Position numbers and translations under genes: made by a program. Below the pieces are notes generated by a model, which was not told the origin of the DNA, did not search any database, and worked only from the letters and a program-made list of their open reading frames with translations. Below, one piece after another: positions 13,482-25,280 of a DNA stretch of 64,000 bases (positions are counted from its first letter, which is position 1; every line of letters starts with the position of its first letter). This stretch comes from Octopus sinensis (taxonomy: Eukaryota): positions 41,478,001 to 41,542,000 of the forward strand of contig NC_042998.1 in the NCBI RefSeq assembly GCF_006345805.1. Direction: 5' to 3'.

Positions 13482-13910
13482 TGTGCTGTATTGAAGCAAA
13501 TATTAAGCAGTGCTTCTTTTACTCACTCAGATAAATTGAAGCCACCAGAGTAATATAACTTAGCTAGTTCTAAACCATTAAATATTACCAACATTGTTTT
13601 CATTTAACAAATTATAGCCAATTTTTCTGTCTTCTAGAAAACCTTATAATACATATCCTGTTAACTTTTTTTTTATTGCAAGTGTTCTAATGCAAACTTA
13701 ATTCTATTTGTTAAATTTGTAACTGATTATATTGAACAAATCTTCAAAATGTATCAAATTTTTATATCCAGCATAATTTTTTGTTTTAATCACACAAGTC
13801 TAACAACAAAGTGATCTTAAAGTACACACTTATCTATCAGTATCATCATTTGCTTTAGCTTATTTAATCACATAGTTATAAATAAATAATCTCTATATGA
13901 TTTACTTCAG

Positions 13911-14005
13911 ATGGAAAGCCTTACAGTTAGCTATTGAGGACCGTTTGAAACAACTTCAAGATGCCTTGAGGGATTTTGGGCCTAATTCTCAACATTTTCT
14001 TATTG
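13911..14005 (+). CDS. DMD: Dystrophin exon (human exon 61 equivalent), end of repeat 24/hinge 4
   Basis: tttacttcag|ATGGAAA...ATTG|gtaagt; 95 nt, phase 2-1; (R)[31 protein letters not shown]. Confidence 0.96.
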
Positions 14006-14599
14006 GTAAGTTTAAGTAATTTGATTTTAAAATGTAATTAAATTTTGACAGGTTGAATTACTACTTTTCTTTTACTACAAATGAAATTTGCATGTCATTT
14101 TTTTTTTTGACACAGTGTATTTTGATATTACATTTTCAAAAATAGTTTTATATTTTATAAACATTAGATTGTGTAAGTATACATAAGTGAAATATTTGTA
14201 TGCTTGAAGAAGTTTATTCTGAATGAAATATATATTATAGATAAGAATATCATAGCAAATGAAAAAGATTTGGTTTTTGCTAGTTATAAGTATGTATTCT
14301 GTATATATTATTTTCAGCAACCATTTGAAACAAAAGTTGTAATGAAATATTTTAATTATTGTAGAAATTTTCAGACTTTCATAAACAATGCTAATAGCTT
14401 TACTTTCTAGAACTAAGAACAGCTGTCATGGATTTTCAGAACTAATTAAAATTTAACTTTAATATTCTTAAATGCATAAATTAATTCATTTTGGGGCAGG
14501 GTGAGATAGGGAGAGAGAGAACAGTAATATTGTTGTTCAAGGATTAGAATCCTTTATAGTTTTCTTGAATCAAAGAACCAAGTTAATAGAATGGTTCTG

Positions 14600-15420
14600 A
14601 TTCTAAGTATGAACCATTTTGCATGCCTGCCTCATGAATCCCTCAAAGTTCATGTTTACCCAACAGATTCAGCTTTTATAGACCCACTTGTAGTTATGTA
14701 TACCAATGTGGGACCCACAAGTTGCAAACCAGGCATTTCTTATCTCATGGGAGACGAGGTGTTGTGATGGTCACTTTTTTGCTGTTTCTACACTGTTTAT
14801 TACCAAAATGTTAGGCTCATGTTCTGTTGAAGTGTTGTGCTCCATCATACCTGATCCATCTCTACTTGTGTCAGTTATTTGCCAATAATTCCCATTTGGA
14901 CATATTAATGCCATTCTTTCTTGAATTTTTCTGATAGTACATTTTTGAACTACTTCCTTTGTCTACCTCATCTATGGTTTCTTTCTTTTTGCTGTAAATA
15001 AAACATGTTAGGACAACTGAAGGTTCAGTTCTTTCAAGTTATTGTTGCATAATCACGGTTTCAGTGCAGGAGATACTGGCTTGCTTGAAAATACTGACAT
15101 TCCATCATCTGTTTTACCACTGGATGTACATGGTTTTCTTCAACATCACAAACACCCAGCATATAAGAATCTGATACTTCTATTCAGATACATAAACAAA
15201 TGGGAGAAAATATAGAGCACTTTAAATATCTGGTTAGTTTCCTATCACATACTGCAGATATTAATGAGGAGATCCAACACAAGATAAAATGTACCAATAC
15301 AACCTTTGGTTGCCTGAGATGAGTATATGAAAATCATGATCTGAGATGAACAACTAAACTTATATTGTACAAAGTAGTTGTACTCGCTTTCCTATACAGC
15401 TCTGAAACCTGGAGAGGCAA
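14600..15420. mobile_element. RTE-clade LINE 3' fragment with 5' inversion
   Basis: + strand 15190-15420: ADINEEIQHKIKCTNTTFGCLR..TKLILYKVVVLAFLYSSETW. Minus strand 15180 to 14600 carries the following RTE C-terminus (W.N..IFKQASI..IMQQ*L..; CGSHIG). Confidence 0.7.
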
Positions 15421-15666
15421 CATGTCTAAAGGCCTTTAGAATATCAGTTTCCCATTTCTCTCTGTTTTAAATGTGTTGTGGCATTATACTCTGTGTAAGC
15501 TAATTATTTTCTAAAAGTCATAAATATAAATGAAATATTTCTAGATGTATGAGAAAAATTTATCATTATACATGTTTAAAACTAAATAACAATGAAATAT
15601 TCAATAACAATTTTCACAGATTCAAACAAAATGTTAATTTTTATTTAATTAAAAAAATCATTTCAG

Positions 15667-15727
15667 TTTCAGTGGAAAATCCCTGGGAGCGATCTGTAGC
15701 CGTTAATAAAGTGCCTTATTACATCAA
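15667..15727 (+). CDS. DMD: Dystrophin exon (human exon 62 equivalent), WW domain N-half
   Basis: catttcag|TTTCAGTG...ATCAA|gtaagt; 61 nt, phase 1-2; (V)SVENPWERSVAVNKVPYYI(N). Confidence 0.96.
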
Positions 15728-16639
15728 GTAAGTAATTTGATAATTCTGTAAGATCTTGTAATTTGCTGGAGGCATTGTCATTTCAATATAATAGTGTGTG
15801 CTGCATTAGCTCTTAAGGCAGTTTGTCAGCATTTCTAATCAAGCAGTTTGACAGTTTGCACATTCATGTCAACATCAGATTTACAATTTTGGGCAGACAG
15901 GTAGGTTCTTAGAAAAGGTCTCAAATGGATAAGCTGTATATTCAGTCCAATATATGTGGGGAGAGGGTCTACACATGCACACAAATATAATTTATATATA
16001 TATATATATATGCACACACACATACACATATATAAAAGTTGTATTGTCCATTGATGATAGATTCACTTAAGTGAAGGATCCTGAAACAGTTTTTAATTAG
16101 GAGGAAGCTTGTTCTGTTCTTTTCTTTTCTATGTATTTTGGCCATTGATATCCATGTTTAGTCTCATATCTTAAAATCACTGACTTGATGCTGTTTAAAA
16201 TTGCTTTTGCTTATATGACATGGATGATGTAAACTTTAAAACTATGATTTCAAGCCTCATTCTTTGAATTACATTTATGGTGAAAGGAAGCTGAGGGTTT
16301 GGCTATCTAGGAGCATTTAGACCAATTATTTTGATTTCTGAGAATGCCATGCAAACTATTTGCAATGGAAATTTGCTTTGACATAAATAACTTGATATTA
16401 CACCCAGCAGTATAGAAAGCAGTGAATTTTTCATATTTGACATTAAATATATGCCAGTGTCGAGTTTAAGGTAGTGGAATGTTATTGAAATTGAAGAAAA
16501 TTATTAAAATAATAATCCAGATAAATGATGTTGATGCAAATACTATCCTTTAAAATTCCTAACTTAGAATTCCATCTACTATCTTATTCAGAACTTATTT
16601 TACAAATCCAAGATACTTTCATTTATTGATCTCTCCCCC

Positions 16640-16672
<33 letters not shown>

Positions 16673-17119
16673 CACGCACACACACACAGAGTTTTTTCAT
16701 TAAAATGCCAACTATATGAGATTAAAACAGATTACGCCAAATAGCCCAAACCACTGATTAGCAACCAGTAGTTATCATAGCTTTCTATATTACCAGCCAA
16801 ACAGAATTTATAGAAAACTGAAGCATTAGTAATCTGATTATAAGTAATAATGTAATTTTGAATTGCAATTTTAGAGGAAGCATTCATTATTGAAGTAGTT
16901 GTAATAATTGTATAATAATCACAGTGCAGTTACAAATGAAACTTCATCAATTAATTAGTATTAAGGGGACCAGTGATTTTAACTACTAGAATAATTTTTA
17001 TGATTGATTTCCTTTTTTCTGTTATTTTCCCAATTGTAATTTTTTACAACTATTTTATTCTCCACTACAATTTCCCACACTCACACATTTACAATATTAA
17101 TTCCTTGCAAGGAATACTC

Positions 17120-17150
<31 letters not shown>

Positions 17151-18395
17151 CCACTCATAATTTTTTCATCCAAAGATTTTCAATAGATGGTGTCAAATCT
17201 TTTAAAATTGTCTGGGAAGGAAAATTTCTTCTAAGTACCTTTTAGGACACTACTACAATGAAAACATGTTAAAAAAAAAAATTTTATAACATGACTTTCT
17301 TAGTTTGATGCTGCTCAGTAGAAAAACACTTGTCAGTTGTAATTATATATTTCCAGGAGGTTATGAGATCAAATAAATTTGAAGATTTAAATAAGAGAAT
17401 ATATATATAAAATAAAGCCCTAGAGGGAGTTACAGCTTACCAATAAGAATTGAAATTAAAACACTAATGTGCTACCTTCTAGGTGGTTGATAGTTTTCTT
17501 ATTCAGAATTGTGTATTTTACTTTTGGTGATTTTAAATGTGTGGGGGACTTTTTAATGTCTTTTTCGTTTAGAATTCCACCACCAAATATTTATTAGTCT
17601 TTAGTGTTTGTACTGTCTCTTTACTGTAAAAATAATTGTTTTGTTTTGTGTATATACTGATTAGTTGTGCACACAGAAAATTACTGTTGTATCTCCTCAT
17701 AAATGCACTCACTACTAAAAGTAAATATTTGTATTTAATCTATAACTATTTTTATCTTTGCTGTGGCTGTGTTAATCCACTAAACTGGGATACTTCATCA
17801 TTAATACTTTAAGGAGGATATGCACATACACACACACACATACACACACACACACAATCACATATACATGCTTAAGAGTTATTCTATTATTTATATCATT
17901 GTCATTCCTATACTCTGCATAAACCAACGGGTATCGTCATGTCTTCCCCTTCTCTGTTTTTGTGCTTATTCTTCATTTAACGTTATAACTACTGCAAACT
18001 AAAATAATTCTACTTTCTCATGCAATACACAGTGGAAGACAAATGGCTGCAATCAATTTCTATTTTTATATTCTGTCCTGCCAGGTTTCATATAATGTTA
18101 AAGACAAACTTCCAAAATAATAATTCACTAGTAAAATACCGATGCACTACATGTACCAGTGTATCATTATTCTGAGATGATTATTTAAAATTCTTTATAC
18201 AAAGCTTTAAACTTCACTGTTTATTTTAATAAGATTAATTTATTGTTAGTATTTTTTAATATTTACTGAAATTATCAAATTATACTTATGATTCCCTACT
18301 GTTCATTAGATGAAGCTTAAGGATTATTGTGATTATTACTAACTACATTACTTCATAGTTCTATACAAAGTTAGCTACTGATTTTTATTTTTCAG

Positions 18396-18457
18396 CCATG
18401 CTACTGAAACCACTCATTGGGACCACCCTAAAATGACAGAGCTGTTGAATGTTCTAG
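18396..18457 (+). CDS. DMD: Dystrophin exon (human exon 63 equivalent), WW domain C-half
   Basis: tttttatttttcag|CCATGCT...CTAG|gttcgt; 62 nt, phase 2-1; HATETTHWDHPKMTELLNVL(A). Confidence 0.96.
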
Positions 18458-18505
18458 GTTCGTTGCTTTTTATATCTTTCATCTTTATTTTTTATTTTTA
18501 AGTCG

Positions 18506-18780
18506 AATACTTACTGTATTGGTCTCTTTGGCTGAACAGCTAAGTTAGAGATGTAAACAAACTGACATCAGTTGTTAAGTGGTGGTGGAAGACAAATACA
18601 CACGCGCATGTGCACACACACATACACACACATACACATGTATATGACAGGCTTCCACACAGTTTCTACTTACCAAATTCACTCACAAAGTATTGGTCAG
18701 CCTTGGGCTATAGTAGAAGACACTGAATGTGCCATGCAGTGGGACTGACCTTAAAACAAAGCCAGCTACTTTACCACATG
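18506..18780 (-). mobile_element. Family A SINE, older partial copy
   Basis: Reverse-complement similarity to 12130-12440; starts about 50 nt after the donor at 18458. Confidence 0.75.
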
Positions 18781-19243
18781 TATATGTATCCTACCTATTC
18801 AAATGAATAACAACTTTTTTTTTATTAAATTTCTTTTCACTCTTTTTCTTTAAACTTTTTATGTCCAAAAATTATGATTTCAACCAAAAAATTTGTGACT
18901 CTTAATTATACCAGGTATTTAATGATTTTAGTGCTATTATGTTAATGCTGTTAAAAAGATTACAAGAATTATAGCATTTCACTTGTATATTTTTAAAGAA
19001 TAATCACAAAAAATTAGCACAAACAAACACACCATTAGCTTTGGAAAAAGTCTTGCTAGAAGTGTAATAATTTTACTAAAGTGTGTTACACATTATTCAG
19101 AAAATTGGATATGTCCATAGCCTGTTAAGGTCTTTCTAAAGTGATTTCCTAAATATAAGTTAGATGAGTCAATATTTTTATGTGTTTCAATATTTATATG
19201 TGTATGTGTGTATTTATACAGCTTTTTTAATCTTATCTTCCAG

Positions 19244-19318
19244 CTGACTTCAACAATATCCGTTTTGCCGCCTATCGGACAGCTATGAAACTACGATTAT
19301 TACAGAAGAAGCTTTGTA
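19244..19318 (+). CDS. DMD: Dystrophin exon (human exon 64 equivalent), EF-hand region 1
   Basis: tcttatcttccag|CTGAC...TGTA|gtaagt; 75 nt, phase 1-1; [24 protein letters not shown](M). Confidence 0.97.
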
Positions 19319-21574
19319 GTAAGTGAATAATCTATACCTTTAATACACTTGCAGTTTAAGACCTCAATCACAGCCAAATTGATTTCCATAGTTTATCATC
19401 TTTTGATTTCTGTTGTTTAATACTTTCAGAGATTGTGCAGATAGTAACATCTAGATTACATACTTTAAAGTATTTAGTTCATATTTCAAATTTTACTGAA
19501 GTTTTCTATACCATTTATCCAGTCTGGAGTTGATTAAAATGAGCTGCAATAATATTCTAAGATTTAATCAGTCAACAATACTCCTTACCTAATCAAAATT
19601 AGAATTTTTTTTTTTTTTTTTTTTTCTCATATAAGTAGGATATTTATTGACTCCTGAACAAACTTAATCTCTTATTTCATCTTTATTTGTTGGACACATT
19701 CTGCTTAGGAATTCTGTTGAAGAACTAGAAAAATTTTTTTTTTCTCTGTACTTAAGTGCCGAAGCTACTAAGCACTTGAACCTTTTTAATAGGGTGAAAT
19801 AAAAGCTTATGGTATGGCACCACTATGTCAGTTGGATAATTATGTCTTGCCTCAAACTATCAACTTTGTAGTATCATTTTTTTCCTGAATGATTTATTGT
19901 AAAGTAATATTCTGCTTGGCAGCTTGGATGTAATTCAACAACCCTTGATAATGGTATTATTTATTTCTTTTTTAGTCATTTTCAGTCATTAAACTGAGGT
20001 CATACTAGCACAACTCTCTTCAAAGTTTTAGTCAATGAAATCAATCCTACTTTCTATTTCTGTCAAGTACTTATTTTATTGAATTCTAATTGTCAGACTG
20101 CTAAGTTAGAGAACCTAAATGGACACAACATAAACAACACCCATGTAGACATAAACACAGAGACACAGACATAAAGACACTTTACCCTCATACTGTAGGA
20201 TCAAACACAGATCCATGAGATTGCAAAATGAATTTCCTAACCATGTAGCCATAACTGCACATGTATATAACGTAATTATTTGCTAAACAGAGAGTAAACA
20301 TTGTGATATATATATATATACACACACATACTTAATTGTCAGTATAGAATAGAAAGAAACTGTGTTTTGTAATGTAATGATTCTTTACTTGGTCCAGAAA
20401 TAATTTTATAAAAGATCCAATTTTTACAATTATTTTCTTTATTTTTTTACTTTTGAAATTTGATATAACTTTTATTCTGATATTTTTTAGACTCTGAGAA
20501 TATTTTATGATGGTAATTAAAATTAATCCAAATTCTTGGGGGTTATGGATCAGAAAAAATGTTTGACATTTCTCTAAATTCAATTAGATTCTTTCTAAAC
20601 CTCACCCTTTGATTTTAAAAGCTTATTTTTTTTTTAAATCTTTACCAGATACATTTGTATAAAGCTCTAGACTTATTCTGAATATGGAATCACTTGTGAG
20701 TGATTGTATTGAGTTAAAATCTCTAGATTAAAAACATTGGACTTATGAAATTCCATTAATGTATATAAAGATATTATAAACTCAGAAATTTTGACATCCC
20801 CTGAAATTGGCTCAAGTGTTTATATTTTTGTTCAGTTATCATCTTTTATAATGAATTAAAAAGATTCCACCAGTCTCTTTACTGATACAAAGTAAAAATT
20901 GTTTATAGAGTGCAATGTAAGGGCTAATTGATTTGTTTTTTTTGGTGGGGGTAGTCATAGTTAAGAAAATCTATGAGCCTTTTCAAAACCTCCTGTATTA
21001 ATAGGAGGAAATTCCCCTCAGAACAGTGATCCTGTCTATATGTTTACAGTAGAATAGATTCAGCTACAATGCCTGAGGACCAGTTGGTGGTTTTAAACTA
21101 GGTGATGGATCAAGTCTACTACTCAAGATCAAGGGCTCTTGCTTCAACATGCTTTGATTAGCCTAATGTTATTGTAGATAATACTTACTTGCATAAGGTA
21201 CTGCATGAGTGGCTTGAACCCAAAACCACATAGTTGCCCAACAAACTTTTAACAACACACCTATGTTTACATCTAATTAGTTTCAGTGCACACTAGACAT
21301 TGATTTTATTGATCCTGGATGGCTGAAAAGAGATCTCAACTCTGCTTAACTTTATTGTAGCAATGATGGTGAAGGATATAATTTTTACTTAACAAAATGC
21401 ATAACAAAACATCTGTATTGAAACTGATATATGGAGTTACCTTCTATTTTAACATGGAGATTACTCCAATTAAGAACTTAGTTAAAGTTTTCACCAAAAT
21501 ATTGTGTTATATACTTGTAAAATTAATGCAATTTCTTCCTGTCCTCACAAAACTGTATATGTATATTTTTTCAG

Positions 21575-21779
21575 TGGATCTTTTGGAAATGAGTATGGCA
21601 GTGGATTCTTTCGACCAACATGGCCTGAAAGATGAAAATGATAAACTCATTGATGTTATAGATATCATCATTTGTTTGAACTCTATGTATGAAGGAATCG
21701 CTGACTTACATCCTACATTAGTGAATGTACCTTTGTGTGTTGACCTAAGTTTGAACTGGGTGTTGAATGCTTATGATGT
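21575..21779 (+). CDS. DMD: Dystrophin exon (human exon 65 equivalent), EF-hand region 1
   Basis: atattttttcag|TGGAT...GATGT|gtaagt; 205 nt, phase 1-2; DLLEMSMAVDSFDQHGLKDENDKLIDVIDIIICLNSMYEGIADLHPTLVNVPLCVDLSLNWVLNAYD(V); one residue longer than the recalled human exon. Confidence 0.97.
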
Positions 21780-23128
21780 GTAAGTTGTTCAAAATTGTTT
21801 TTCTTTTTATTCTACTTTTTGAAAATATAATCTCTACACTTATTTATGATGATGAATCTGAATTTCCAACTTTTGTAGAAAGAACGGATTTTATGTTTCA
21901 TAATCAAATGCCTTTTGAATTGTCGATAATATTTGAAATATATGATGTTAATATGAAATATGTTTAAACTATAACTTTTTTAGTGAATGCTTTTCAATTA
22001 AACAAACATGATTCTGCCATTCACAAACTGATTTGTATTCCATGACAGCATCTTGCATTTGCCTATAAATATATTTATTTATATACACATGCATACATGT
22101 CAATATTGAGTACTTCTTGTTTGTAAATTCAAACATCATTATCATCATTTTGTGTCTCTTTCTGTGCTAGCATTGATTAGATAGATCATTGTAAACTGAG
22201 TCAATTATTTTTCAATGGCCTCCTAGATGGGTCACATCTTACATTCTATGTTGGCTTAGATTCTATTACTACATGCCCTTCCTAACACAAACTGCTTTAC
22301 AGAGTGTATTGGGTGCATTTTTGTCATGACACCAACACTAGAGAGGTTATCATACCCTCAATACTATTTCAGTCCTCTTGACATTACATTGTACTCGCTA
22401 CCAAATGTTTTATTACGGCAACAATGCTGATAAGTTGCCTTATCCTTGCTACTCTAGGCAGTCTCCATTTATTCAAGGCGATATGACCAATAAGTTAAAA
22501 AGAAGAGAGCTATGGGAAAAGATGAACTTGGTTGAGAGGGTGAATGAAGCCTGTATATAATAGGAGAAACAATGTAATCTGCATGACAGGCTAATGTAGG
22601 AGAAAGGATAATGCCCAGCTACTTACATGTTAATTCAGAAGTAGGTGATTTAGTTAATCAAACAACTGAATCCTCATCATTGAACAAATGGAGCACCATC
22701 CATCCATCTATCTGTATGCATATGTCTGTGTGTCTCATATTGCCATTGTCTGAACTAAAACAATGACTTTATATATCTCTCATAAACAATATGTACCATA
22801 GCTCAGTAGTTTTAATTATGTGTGAAGACAAGTAGAATAAAAGTATATTACTTAAAATATAAGGGCTGGCAACAATAAAAGCATATTGTCATAGAATACA
22901 GTCTCAGCAACTTCTGCAAACCCATACCAACAGACATAAAACCAATAGCTATGGTGGTGGTAGTGGCAACGGCGGTAGCAGCAAAAATGATTGTGTGTGT
23001 GTGTATGTGTTGATGTGTTGTGCTGTGCAGATTTTAGTGAGCATTGCTGATGCCATAACTGATTTTTAATGTTTTAAGTCATAGCACTTATAACAATGCA
23101 GTAGTTACTTTATTTGTACCCTCTGTGC

Positions 23129-23162
<34 letters not shown>

Positions 23163-24011
23163 TACTCACACATACATACATGTATATTTGAGTGTAAATA
23201 CATATGCATAAGTCATAGTATTTATAATAATGTGGTAGTTATTGTAGTTATTTATACCCTATATACACACACACACATACATACATACATACATTCACAC
23301 ATGTATGTTTGATGTGTAAATACATATATACAGACAGGTAGCCACTGATTATTGTTCTCTCATTTTCTTTCTCTTTGTCCCTTCTCCAGCTACCAGTTTT
23401 CCCTATCCTTTTCCCCTTCAGTATCTCATGCCACTCATCCTTCTACTACTGTTCTTTTTATTATTGTTGATATTGCCACCTATACCTGAAGTGTTTTTTT
23501 TTTTATAACAGTTCTGATACTTGTGAAATGTGTGCATGTATGTTTGTATGTGCGTGTATATCGACATCAGATTTATATATTGATGAACAAAACATATTTG
23601 ATTCTGTATGTGTGTGTAGCTTAAGTATACATATTTATCGTTTGTTCCATGTCTGTTTTTCCATGTTAGCATGGTGAGCCAAATATATTATTATAGCATT
23701 GTTTTCAGCTGAAAACCCTTGTTTTTCAGACGTGGGATCTCTCATTTTACATAGCTTTACATACTCAAAGTGAACATGTGATAATCATTTGTTGATAGGA
23801 GAAATGATAGATAGATACATATATACATACGCACACACCTACATACACATGCACATAGTTTTGGTCAGCATGTGGTTGTAGTAGAAAACATTTTGCCAAG
23901 GTGTCAGCCATGTAATGAGGTGAACCCAAACCACATGGTTGGGAAGCAAACTTCTTAACCACATAGCCATGCCTGCACTTATATATATTTATGTATATAT
24001 ACACACAAACA

Positions 24012-24918
24012 TACGGTGCAGTGAATAAATTGTCGTTTAAATTACACGAAAATGAAAATAACACTCACATCCAGCTGTAGAAACACTGCCAGATCAGACT
24101 GGGCCTGGTGCAGCCTTCTGGCTTCCCAGACCCCATTTGAACCGTCCAACCCATGGAAAGCGAACGTTAAATGATGATGATGATGATATCATTTTAACAG
24201 ATATATTTACCAAAATTACATAAAAATATCTTGAAATACTAAAGAGTAAATTTATTCAATAAAATCATCATTGGCTTCAACCACAACCTCCAGACAACTT
24301 CAGAATTTCCTGGACAGTCTCCTTGTTTAAGTTGGTGAACGCTGCCATAATCCTTGCCTTCAGTTCATCTTTGGTGTTACAAGGAGTTTTATTGGTATCT
24401 CACTCTACTGCACCCCACACATAATAATCAAGGTGGCTGCAGTCTGGGGAGTTAGGTGGCCAGATGTTAGAGGTGATGTGGTCACAGAAATTGTCTGACA
24501 ACCATGACTGGGTTCTCCTGCTTGTGTGGCATGGTGCAGAGTCCTGTTGCCAGACATAGAGTCTTCCAGCAGCCACCCTCTTGACTAAGACCAGCACTAC
24601 CTCCTCCAGGGACTTGATGTAGGCCTCCATGTTAAGTCTAAGGCCATGTGGAAAGATGAATGGAGGCATAACATCACCATCACTAATGATCACAAATACC
24701 ATGGTGTTGACTAGATGTTTGATTTTTATCACATCGAGCACAAATGCCAAGTAGTACAGCATGTTGTTTCCAAATTTTTGACAGAGTGAATTGGTGCTGT
24801 TTTTCTCATAGACTGTGCCCAGCTGCCCCTACTATACCGTGTAGTCCACAAAATCAAAAACAAGTGCGCTTGCGCAAAACTGAAAATATAAAGTAGCGAC
24901 AATTTACCCATTGCACCC

Positions 24919-24920
<2 letters not shown>
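24012..24920 (-). mobile_element. Tc1/mariner element of the DD37D (maT) family, internally deleted
   Basis: ORF 24400-24762: WQQDSAPCH...WPPNSPDCSHLDYYVWG with 37 residues between catalytic D2 and D3; 24-bp TIRs 24012-24035 and 24897-24920 (19/24); nested (GAT)n-tailed fragment at 24068-24187. Confidence 0.88.
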
Positions 24921-24964
<44 letters not shown>

Positions 24965-24968
<4 letters not shown>

Positions 24969-25280
24969 CACAGGGTAAGAAGCTTGCTTCCCAACCACAT
25001 GGTTCCAGATTCGGTCCCACTGTGCAAATATCTTCTATAACCTCAGGCTGACCAAAACCTTGGGAGTGGATCTGGTGTGCCTTTGTGTCTGTCTGTCCCT
25101 TACCACTGCTTGACAACTGGTGTTGCTTTATTTACATCCCTGTAACTTAGGAGTTCAGCAAAATAGACTAATAGAATAAGTGCCAGGCTTAACAAGAAAA
25201 TAAGTACTAGGGTAAAAATTTTTCAAATCAGCACCCCAGCATGGCCACAGTTTACTGACTGAAACTGGTAAAGGATAAAA
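24965..25280 (+). mobile_element. Family A SINE
   Basis: AGGCACAGGGTAAGAAGCTTGCTTCCCAACCACATGG..GACTGAAACTGGTAAAGG; inserted in the (TA)n next to the maT TIR. Further copies at about 5640-5750, 19960-20240(-), 23860-23985(-), 42592-42800, 63528-63700. Confidence 0.8.
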
